This document shows, piece by piece, positions 53,638 to 64,000 of a DNA stretch of 64,000 nt. Every line of letters begins with the position of its first letter. Position 1 is the first letter of the stretch. The translations under genes and the position numbers were made by a program. Origin of the DNA: Eledone cirrhosa. Taxonomy: Eukaryota. A model generated the notes under the pieces. It was not told the origin of the DNA. It saw only the letters and a list, made by a program, of their open reading frames with translations, and did not search any database. The DNA is taken from contig OZ024751.1 in NCBI GenBank assembly GCA_964016885.1, forward strand, positions 15,500,001-15,564,000. Reading direction: 5' to 3'.

Positions 53638-55512
53638 GAATTTTAATAATAATGAATTTTAATAATAATGGAAATTCAATACATGTAAATGGTCAGGAAA
53701 AAAAGAAGGCAGCAATATTACCAAACGAAGCTAATTAAACATTTAAATAACTAAGTAATTAAACAATTAATATATATATGCACTCTAAAATATAAACCAT
53801 AACCTCCATATATTATGCTGTATAAACTATAAATCTAACTAAATATATTTTTATTTAAATTTAAGTTACACCGAAGGACCTTGTAAGTCGACTCCCACAT
53901 CACCCTTATAAACTTCAACTAATAATCTGACTTCAACTAATAATCTGACTTCATATAAGAAGAATTTTACTCTATAACACTAACTGGTATAATCTCCCTT
54001 TATTTATTTATTTACTTATTTAATCATTTTAAACGTCCGTATAGAGCTATTAAGCCAAGCCTTACTGGGGGAGGTATCTGGTATCCTTTACAGTTAAGAA
54101 ACAAAAGCTAGACTAAGAAATAAGAAAAGAGACGGTCAAAGAAGCATAAATAAGATTTAAAAAAGCGAAAAAGGACAGCTTTAAAGCGGCTAAAAGTTTC
54201 TGTTCTTGAATCTTTTCGTAGCCTCCATGTACTCTATGCCCATCTTGGGAGGCATCGATACCAAGTCATGCTTGATACTCAGGAGAAGATCATCTCTACC
54301 TTGGTTTGAGTCTAATTACCATTACCTGTTACCAAATGACCATATTTAAAATATATAACATCTTGTTTATAGTTGGTAGATCGTTGAAAATATATTGTAT
54401 CTCTAATCTTGGTAGTTTTTTAATGATCAGATTCACACTCTTATCTCTAAAACTGGTAGTTTCTAAATTGGAACAAATAGTGCCACAGAATCTCTGGGAA
54501 GTCTCCACAAAAACATAGAGGTGATTCTCTATGGCAAAGGGTTCCACAAAGGAGTGTCTGGGATTCCGTGAAAAGAGGTAGGGGAGTATATTTGTATATT
54601 TATATTACCACAATATAACAGTATTAGACTTTGCCCCCCCCCCCCCCGAAATTTCTAAACCAAAAAGGGTTCTGCATTTGAAATAATTTGGGAAACCCTG
54701 CTCTATAGCCTGTTCGTGATGAAATATAGTCCAACGGCAATTTGGTGCTCTTTTGTTTATTTATTTATTTATTTATTTATTTATTTTAAATTCTAATTTT
54801 ATTTAGGTTCAATTGACTTAATTTGAGGTGAATATTAATACAATCCGACAATCATATCACACTATAACACGATTAAGTGATAACTTTTACTCACAGATAC
54901 AACGCTCGGTGGAAACTTTCAAATTCTTATACGACCGCACTAGTTTTTCGAGTGATTCAAATGTTATCAAAACCTTATCAACTCTCAAGTTGGTTTAAGA
55001 ATTTAATTCACGGATGTCTCCTGGGAGACAAAGTTATCTTTGAAAATTAATCTGAAGGAAAAACCCAAATCACTTGAGGAGACTTACAGAATATTGCCGA
55101 AACAATAAGTACACGTCTCACAGAAATAACAAAGAACTATTGACTGCTAATGATATCAACAACTTATTGGTCAGTTATTCAGTCCATTGGTCTGTTCAGC
55201 TATTGATCGCTAGCTTCTTCACTTATTGACCGTGTATATTGTAATTGACTGACTGTGTGTCTGGTCATTTCATTACCGTATAGTTCGTTTATTCACTGAC
55301 AGCTGAGATACATCTGTAGTTACTGCTAGATAACATTTGTAACTTCATACACATCGATTTTAAGACTGCTATGTATAGTGTTGATCTGATCTGATATGTG
55401 GGCACGTGAGTGTGTGTATGTATGTATGTATGTATGTATGTATGTATGTATGTATGTATGTATGTATGTATGTATGTATGTATGTATGTATGTATGTATG
55501 TATGTATGTATG

Positions 55513-56838
55513 TTCTTCTGGTTTTATAATTTCACAAAGTTTTACCAATAGAGAGAGAGTCGGTTTCTAACATAGACACAAGACTCTCTCATTGGAATTT
55601 ACACAACATCAACTAGGTAGATATGTATGTATGTATGTATGCATGCATGCATGTGTAGATATGGATGTTATTGTATGTGCGGATGTGTATGTTTTGAGTT
55701 GTATGTGTGCATGTGTATATGCTTTGTATCTGTACATGTGTATATGCAGTTATTAGATGCAAAATTTTTGGAATGTTTTACATATTTTTACTGTTCCATT
55801 AATGGATTGTACTTGTAATTTCCTAACTAGTTGTGTTCTTTCTGTTCCTGTAAGCCTAGCTTCTCAAGATTTGTATTGAGGCAGTTACTAACATATCTCA
55901 GTGCCCCAATAATCACAGGCATAAATCTGAAGGTGTAATCAGGGTGGAGTATCTGCAGATTTCTCATCAGTTCTGCATAAATATTCTCCTTTTCACTAAT
56001 CTTTGATATTATATTGGCATCTGCTGGGCAGCTAATTTCCACTACTGTGCATGTTTTCTTCTCCCTGTCCCATATGAAAATATCTGGTCTGTTATGCCTG
56101 CATTTTATTGGGGTTTTTACTGGAACATTCCACCAGTACTCTTTCATATTATGTACATGGATGTCTTCCACATTGTTGTAGCTTTTAATGTGTTTATTAT
56201 CGGGGCTATCTTTTTTACGAACTGCATTGTACAGTGTTTTGGCCACTACATCATGCCTCATAGGAAAATAGTACCGCGATGACATCTTTGGGCAGCTGCT
56301 GATGACATGGGTGATATCCTCGATGTTAGTTCTGCAGAGTCTGCACTTGTTATCACATCTAGGTGTTTTGCCTGCATCCCTATCTCTTTTGTGAATCAGG
56401 TATTTCGTGCTAATCTCCTGTTCTTGGATTGCAAAAGCGTATCCTTCAAAGTGGGAGCCAATATAGCGGTTGTTGGTCCAAGATAGACTACTTTCCTTAT
56501 CTATATTACTCTCACTCTGGAGCTTCCTGGCAACATATCCATGCATGATTTTTTGCTGATAGGCATGCAGTTTTTCATCCATGGATTCACTGCGATACTG
56601 CTGAGCGACATCTCTGGGTGTGAGTTTTTGATTATCACACAGGGAATATCTCTCAAGGAGTTCCTTCCCAACTCTCATGATCTTATCTGTTTCATGCAGA
56701 TAGACTTGCTCGAGAAGCAGGCTCCTACGCTTCGAGGTTCGTAGATGTTGTCGGAGAGATATGATGCGACATTCAAATGTTGTCTGGACTGATGTTAGGC
56801 CTCTGCCTCCCTGCTTACGTTTCAAGTAAAGGCGGTCT
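55513..56838 (-). mobile_element. 5'-truncated R4/Dong-like non-LTR retrotransposon (restriction-like endonuclease) embedded in (TATG)n
   Basis: [18 protein letters not shown] knuckle CRLC..EDITHVISSC, RHD and NRPDI...VVEISCP (PD-D/E nuclease); 3' UTR runs into (CATA)n. Confidence 0.88.
55753..56838 (-). pseudogene. RLE non-LTR ORF C-terminal part with one frameshift near 55845
   Basis: ORF 55827-56825 plus shifted ending LVRKLQVQSINGTVKICKTFQKFCI*. Confidence 0.8.
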
Positions 56839-56912
56839 ATGTATGTATGTATGTATGTATGTATGTATGTATGTATGTATGTATGTATGTATGTATGTAT
56901 GTATGTATGTAT

Positions 56913-57515
56913 GTCAGATCACCAGTTGGTGCTACTGGTAACATGTATCCCAGTACAACATGGTCGAGTCGTTGGCAACTAAACTGGCAAACCCACCAAG
57001 GTTTCTTGGTGAGGAGCGTGACTTTGGACATCCTGCAGAACAAAAAACAAAACCTGTCAAAGGGCAAAGGAGCTCTTAAGAGTCAATGGCCATCCAAAAT
57101 CACCGGGAGAGATGACCCCTTAGCCTTTGTCAAGGCAGAATTCTAGGAGAAGGAAAACTCTGATATAACACCTGCAACCCTGATGGTATCCAATGATGTT
57201 GACTTGTTCTTCTTTTTGGTAAATATCATCTTGGTTAAGAGAGTGGGACTGGCTTTGTGTAGTGCCTTTGCTCACTATAAAAGCTTCACGGCACAGACAT
57301 TGCTTTGTATCTGGAGATCTCTCTGCACTTGTCGTCACATGGTACCATGGGCCCAGCACTATGTGTCAATAATTGTCACAAGTGTAGTGTTTGTACCAGA
57401 GTTTTCAAGTCGCTGGCTGGACTAAAAAGTCACACTCGTTCAGCGCATCGGTAGGGGTTCTCCTACATGGATATAAAGTAGTGGCCGTACTCGAAAACGA
57501 GTTGGCAGCCACCAT
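56913..57515 (+). mobile_element. Full-length non-autonomous RTE-derived element
   Basis: 57377-57454 encodes [25 protein letters not shown], the C2H2 end typical of RTE ORF2; ATGT tail. Confidence 0.85.
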
Positions 57516-57670
57516 GTATTATGTATGTACGTATATATGTATGTAATATGTATACACATGCACAAACACACATATATATACGCACACACAAACTCATATA
57601 TCTATAGTGTCTACGGTGCCAGGACCGGGAAGAACAAAATCAAAGAATTCGACGCATAATGAGGTTTAGA

Positions 57671-57721
<51 letters not shown>

Positions 57722-57722
57722 A

Positions 57723-57786
<64 letters not shown>

Positions 57787-57802
57787 TGTATATATATATA
57801 TA

Positions 57803-59185
57803 CTAGCAGTTTAGCCCGGCATTGCTCGAGTTTGTTCATTTGCTATGAAAAGTTACATACTCCATAGCTCCAACACCTCGAACACCTGCAAACAACATCT
57901 ATAGCACCTCTTTGTAGACGATATTGCGTGTCATCCCTTGAGGAGTGTAAGCAAAAAGTCCATTCCTGCTCCCTTCGCGGGAACAGGCAACATAAAGTTG
58001 GCCATGGGAGAAGCATGGCTTCCCCAAATGGATGCACGCCACCGACAATGTTTGCCCTTGTGACATGTTAATGGACATGGCAAAACATGGTCTCACCGGG
58101 AATTGGGATCGCCGGGAATCGAACGGGATTTCTGACGCCGAGGGGAAAAGGTTCATCCTTGGCAGTCTATTCGGCAGAATTGCCAGAAGTACAACACTAT
58201 GGGTGTTGTCATATTAATATTTAACCAATTAAAGTCGTAAAAAATAAATAATTTAACATTCCGATTCATATGTCTATAGCATTAATCTGTTATATGAAGT
58301 AATATTTTGCGGGTTGTTATTTGCAATAAGCCGATTTAAAATGCCCCAGAAAAGCCGTATGTCAATACGGAACGCCAATGACTCCCCCAGCAGTTAAATT
58401 ATAGAGAGGGGGAATAATCTATTATAAAGAGAGGGAAGAGCGACGGAGAGAATAAAGCTAAGAAACTATAGGGAGGTGTGTAAAACAGTGTTGTCATATA
58501 GAGAGTGAAGAGCGACAGAGAGAGGAAAGCAGTTAAATTATAGAGAGGGGGAATGATCTATTATAGAGAGAGGGAAGAGCGACGGAGAGAGTAAAGCTAA
58601 GAAACTATAGTGAGGTGTGTTAAACCTCAAAGCATGAAGAGAGTAAAGCAGTTAAATTATAGAGACGGGGAATAATCTATTATAGAGAGAGGGAAGAGCG
58701 ACGGAGAGAGTAAAGCTATGTTTGTTGTTGTATAAATTGATGTGTTGCTTAGTTTTCAAAGTTTATGTCGCGTTCCTGAACGAAGTTTTGTCGCGCTGCA
58801 AATTGTAATGGTGATAGGGTAGTAGAAGGAGGCATTGACCTTTTAAAGAGAGTTGCAGAGGAGATTGAGAGGGGAGTAGATGGAAGGATGAACCTTTTAA
58901 AGAGAGTTGCAGAGGAGATTGAGAGGGGAGTAGATAGTTGAGGGTAGTAGAGAGAGGGATTAAGCTTGTAAGAGATAGGGTTACAGCATGTATTTAGTTT
59001 TATCGATTTCTTTCATAGAAGCAGGACATTTTTGGCAAAGTTTATTACGCGTTAACAATCGTTGGTAAATTTGGAGCACATTGGAAAAAAAATCATCAAA
59101 ATTGGTAGAGAAATGTGGAAATTCATAAAGATCATACACACACACAGACAGACATCTTCCGTTTTATATATATATATATATATAT
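57803..59185 (-). mobile_element. Internally deleted Helitron with PIF1-helicase C-terminus (57899-58160) and internal tandem repeats (58390-58720)
   Basis: QFPVRPCFAMSINMSQGQTL...PCFSHGQLYVACSR...NIVYKEVL; 3' hairpin ctcgagcaatgccggg then CTAG|T; 5'-like TATATAAAACGGAAGATGTCTGTCTGT. Confidence 0.85.
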
Positions 59186-59425
59186 AAGAAGAAACGTGCT
59201 GCGTGGTTGCAAATGGGTTACATATGAATAAAGTTAGTCCTTCATCAGTGATCTTCCAACCATCATTGGTATTTCATCGCTTTAAAGACCATATACCTCT
59301 GGTTGGTGCGAGCAACGGCTAAAAAAAGTCGTTGGGACACGTAAATAAAGAGGACACGAGAGTGTAAAAAGCGATGAAATACCAATGATGGTTGGAAGAT
59401 CACTGATGAAGGACTAACTTTATTC

Positions 59426-59430
<5 letters not shown>
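59186..59430. mobile_element. Family B fold-back copy
   Basis: 59222-59283 is inverted at 59368-59429; (TA)n on both sides. Confidence 0.8.
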
Positions 59431-59471
<41 letters not shown>

Positions 59472-59539
59472 ATGTGTGTATGTGTGTATGTATAAACTCG
59501 TATAAACACCTGAAGAAAGGTCACTATTTTGATACCTCA

Positions 59540-59730
59540 GGGCGGAGAATTGGCAGTATGGGTAGAGGGTCGGACGCCAAGCTTTCCAGCATAATTACGT
59601 TCCTTTACGGTCTGAGTTCAAATCCCGTCGAGTTTAACTTTTCCTTTCCTCCTTACGGAGTCGATAAAATGAAGTACCAGTAATGTACTGGGTAATTGCT
59701 GGCCTTGTGCCAAAGGTAGAAACAACTATT
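59540..59730 (+). mobile_element. S1 SINE with 16-bp TSD
   Basis: actattttgatacctc at 59523-59538 and 59725-59740. Confidence 0.9.
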
Positions 59731-59817
59731 TTGATACCTCTTGTATTCTGGAGGTATGGTCAAATTTGGGTCTTGAAACCTTGGGTAGCCCCTTTGCTCC
59801 GTCTATGGTCATAAATA

Positions 59818-59893
<76 letters not shown>

Positions 59894-60565
59894 GCATTGC
59901 ATACATACATGATGGCTGCCCTCTCGTTATTGAGTATGGTCATTGCACGATATAACATTATTAACAATTATCAATTAATGCTACCGTGCAATGCCTGTGC
60001 GTAAAGATTTTTTTTAAAGTGAGGAAAGACTGTGCACTGAGCCAATCCCACTCTCTGAGCAACTCTTTTCAAACACTAACAACAACCCTTAATTCATTAA
60101 TTAATTCATTATAGTACAAATACCCCTTTAAGGATATATATAAATAGTTTGCAACAAAGACCCACCCCTAACCTCGGATAACCTACTTTCCTTATGTTTC
60201 TCCCTTTTTCCTTTTCTCTTACCCGTCTCCGGCCAACCGCTGACCAGCAGAAACCCCCTCTAGTACAGCACCGCACTCTTTCATCTCCTATCACGCACAG
60301 CCCTACCTCATACACACTCACACCCTGCACCTTCGGCTCACCACATCCACGCCAAAATGTCTATGATAAGCAAAACACCACATATCCGCAACTAACACCA
60401 ACCATCGCTCCCCACTACCGCCTCATCATTATGTTCAACCCTCCCACCAACCACACATGCCAAAACAACCTATTAAAACAATAGGAACTGACCACCATAA
60501 ATGAATACGAATCGTTACAGCTATCTCTTTGCTCTATATGTTCATTCTGTCATTACCACAGCAGA

Positions 60566-60650
60566 GGTCCGACGAGCTTTTGATTCCAGAGTCGGGCCAG
60601 ATCAATACAGATCGAACCTTGAGCTGATCAATAGCGAAACGCGCGTCACT
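60566..60650 (+). ncRNA. Hammerhead variant with CCGACGA core and long stem II
   Basis: ggt-CCGACGA-gcttttgat...atcaatagc-GAAAC gcgc GTC-act; stem III is the palindrome ACGCGCGT. Confidence 0.6.
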
Positions 60651-60699
60651 ACTCTATAAACGTAATGAAGACATAACAAATTGTCCTTTTATTATTATA

Positions 60700-60893
60700 G
60701 GGCGGTGAATTGGCAGTATCGGTAGAGGGTCGGACGCCATGCTTTGACGCATAGAGTTACGGCCCTTGACATTCTGAGTTCAAATCCCGCCGAGGTTAAC
60801 TTTGCCTTTCATCCTTACGGGGTCGATAAAATAAAGTACCAGTAATACACTGTGCAATTGCTGGCCTTGTGCCAAAAGTAGAAACAATTATTA
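60700..60893 (+). mobile_element. S1 tRNA-derived SINE
   Basis: A and B boxes plus conserved central domain. Confidence 0.88.
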
Positions 60894-61496
60894 TAATTAC
60901 ACTCTGCTTAGTTCTACACCTACTTACAGACGTGACTCTACACATCAAGTGCTCACTGTTCACTGAAAAGTGAATATGGAAAATATAACACGTAAGAACA
61001 ATATAATACAATGATATATATATTAGTTTAACGCTTGGTATAGCAGAGAAAGAGTGTAAACGTTTCTGACTTTAGTCCTTCAAAAGAAGATAGAATGAAA
61101 GGATGAGGCACATCAGAAGAAATAGAAGATACAACAGAATACGATAGGGAAGAAAAAGTAAAAACATTCAGAATAACTTCTGCGAATCTCTTTAAATCAA
61201 ATTGACTTGACACAATCACACTGAATAAGATTTAAAATTTAAACTAATAAAAAATTTAACAGTTTAAATTTTATATCTTAGTCAGTTTCAATTTGATTTT
61301 AAAATATCTAAAGAACTTTTAACTTTTACTCAACTTTTGAATATTTTCACTGTATCTAAAACTTGCCTCCATTACACAAAGGCACACACACACACACAGA
61401 GAGACAGACATACAGGCAGAGAGACAGAAACACTCACACACACACACTGACTGAAAGACACACACATACCGACAGGAGAACACACATACAGAGACA

Positions 61497-61611
<115 letters not shown>

Positions 61612-62196
61612 AAACAAATAGAAACTAAATCATAAACATGTACACTGTCATATGACCCTATCGAGACGTCGAATGGGTCCTCTCTGGGTTAGATTTTTTA
61701 AACCCAGATTGTGTCGCTAGTATACAGTACTTTTTTTCTGGCATGCATAATTACATCTACTTCTTTGTCCACGACCGGGCCGAGCCGCAGGCAAATTGTA
61801 AAGCTCAATCTAATAGTGCACTAGTAATAAAAGGGTAGAAGTCTATGATGTCAATTTGTGTGAACCTTGCTTTATTTTTACCAGAGCTATTGTTAAACAA
61901 AGATATTACAAAAGACGTATTAAACCACGTAGTTTAACCGTACTAGTTTTATTTTATATCTCTCAGTGTCATCTTACTAGCTATTCCTATCTCGGTTCTA
62001 GTTGGGTTTATTAATCTACAACTAGGCTTATTATTAAAGTCATTTTTATGATCCTTCAAAGTGATATAGGCACTACGTTTGGTTAAGCTTGCCATTCTTT
62101 TATCTATCTTTAAGTGTTTAGCGGCATCTTTAGCTTCTTTGTTAGTATTATCATAGGTGGTCGGTTTAGCTTCACTATCTCCCCCCTCTCTCTTTC

Positions 62197-62289
<93 letters not shown>

Positions 62290-62292
<3 letters not shown>

Positions 62293-62415
62293 AAAATGTT
62301 TAACCCCGACGGCAGAGCTCAAGCCGTTTCGATGGCTATTTCAGAAATAGTATTAGCAACTGGAAAGACCAATGGAAACATTGTTTCCTCGGTCCGATTT
62401 GACGAAAGTCGATCG
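62290..62415. mobile_element. Two-ended mini-insert: End1 plus the tail used by the SINE chimera
   Basis: 62290-62343 is End1; 62347-62415 matches 4373-4440. Confidence 0.75.
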
Positions 62416-62478
62416 ATATATGTATATATGTATATATGTATGCATATATGTATGTATATATGTATGTATATATATATG

Positions 62479-62573
<95 letters not shown>

Positions 62574-62839
62574 TATGTATATATATATATGTATATATAT
62601 ATATGTGTATATATATATATATGTATATATATATATGTATATATATTTATCCCAAGGCCTTGGGCGCTCCAGTGATCGCATTTGATCTCCTGTATTGAGC
62701 GCCGAAATATCTATGATCTATGATTTGCAGCTGATGAAGGATTTCTTCTCTTGTTTCGTCCATACTACCATACTAAACTTTGTTTACAGTAACCACACAG
62801 CTCACTTCGTTTCTTCTAATTATATATATATATATATAC

Positions 62840-62911
<72 letters not shown>

Positions 62912-62912
62912 C

Positions 62913-62972
<60 letters not shown>

Positions 62973-63072
62973 CGAAACAATGCAAAATGGACTGTAAGAT
63001 GAGGTAATGAAAAGTAAAAGTTACCTGGTAATCTTTGTTTTGTTTTATTGTTATTATTGTTCTTTTATCTGT

Positions 63073-63108
63073 CCAATATTTGGGGACCTAAAAGTCCCTT
63101 CATCAGGG
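63073..63108 (-). ncRNA. Probably inactivated hammerhead (GAAA changed to CAAA)
   Basis: cc-CTGATGA-a-gggac ttttag gtccc-CAAAT-ATT-gg. Confidence 0.5.
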
Positions 63109-63507
63109 TTTAAAGAACCATCAGTGGATAATGTTCCAATTTTCACCATTTGGGATAAAATTTATGTTTGTATATATATATATATATATATAACCTCCTT
63201 CTCGCTCAAATGAGAAATACTCCAGTAAAAACAGGAGCAAACAGGAGAAAGCCATCAACATTCGTAGTTTGTAGTTACGATGGAGATTCTGTATAATTGT
63301 TTCTACTTTTGGCACACGGCCAGAAATTATGCCAGTGCATTACTGGTACTTTATTTTATAATAATTGTTTCTACTTTAGGCACAAGGCCAGCAATTACCC
63401 AGTGCATTACTGGTACTTTATTTAATCGACCCCGTAAGGATGAAAGGCAAAGTCAACCTATTAAGAAAGATGCTGATGTTGCATAAATCGATATTTATGT
63501 AACGTCA

Positions 63508-63584
<77 letters not shown>

Positions 63585-63601
63585 GATATATATATGTATG
63601 G

Positions 63602-64000
63602 TTCTTAATGTTTCTCGACCAAACATACCGGCAAACCTCAGGGATACCCATGGGATCAAGCCTGTCGGGTGTGCTAGCGATCTCGTACAAGGACAGCCTC
63701 GAGCGCAAGCCACTCAATGCCTGCCACACCAATGCTGTCGCCTTCTTCTCAAGATACGTGGACGACATTCTCATCCTTACATCTTCCCAGGAGATGGCAA
63801 GCGGGATTTACGAGACGTTCAGCAACACGGACGACAATATTGACTTCAGTGTTGAACACCCCAACGACGACGGGTCCCTTGCCCTCCTCGACTTCCGAAT
63901 CAGCATCACGGAGCAAAGAGGGATTCACACCAGCTTCTACAGCAAGGCAGCCTGCAGGGACTTGTTCGTCCACTACAAATCTGCCCTCCCTAACAGTGCT
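63602..64000 (+). CDS. Penelope-like element reverse transcriptase, 5'-truncated and open to the window end
   Basis: 133 stop-free codons: YRQTSGIPMGSSLSGVLA...RYVDDILI...IDFSVEHP.DDGSLALLD...LFVHYKSALP (RT4-RT7 plus PLE thumb); starts beside (TC)n/(TA)n. Confidence 0.88.

Noticed and set aside
54329-54547. L1/Tx1-like ORF2 remnant
   Set aside because: Only vague resemblance to a post-zinc-knuckle region; too degenerate to call without a profile search.
59370-59415. Type II hammerhead or SECIS element in family B
   Set aside because: GAAA and CUGAUGA are present, but no NUH sits between stems III and I, and no SECIS helix II/apical AAR geometry could be built.

Overview
AT-rich, repeat-saturated animal genomic DNA with no recognisable host gene. 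The (TA)n/(TATG)n/(CA)n/(GA)n load and the SINE families look cephalopod (Octopus-like), which is an inference. Almost all ORFs in the supplied track are microsatellite artefacts. The real coding remnants are all from transposons: a Penelope-like (PLE) reverse transcriptase open to the window end (63602-64000, absent from the ORF track), a Neptune-type PLE remnant (6549-6839), an R4/Dong-like RLE non-LTR element (55513-56838), RTE LINE fragments and Helitron RepHel fragments. The main hidden signal is that the short unique-looking islands between (TA)n tracts are non-coding mini-retroelements from several families. They carry about 20 type I hammerhead ribozyme motifs, usually with a palindromic stem III and a downstream AATAAA/ATTAAA, and often sit in fold-back arrangements, including two ~405-bp perfect palindromes. 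Several have non-canonical cores (U3-A8 with stem covariation; CCGANGA) or very large stem-II inserts. One inverted arm begins exactly at the predicted cleavage site. A separate (TATG)n-associated RTE-derived element has a candidate HDV-like ribozyme at its 5' end. All folds and alignments were done by eye, so coordinates are approximate to a few bases.
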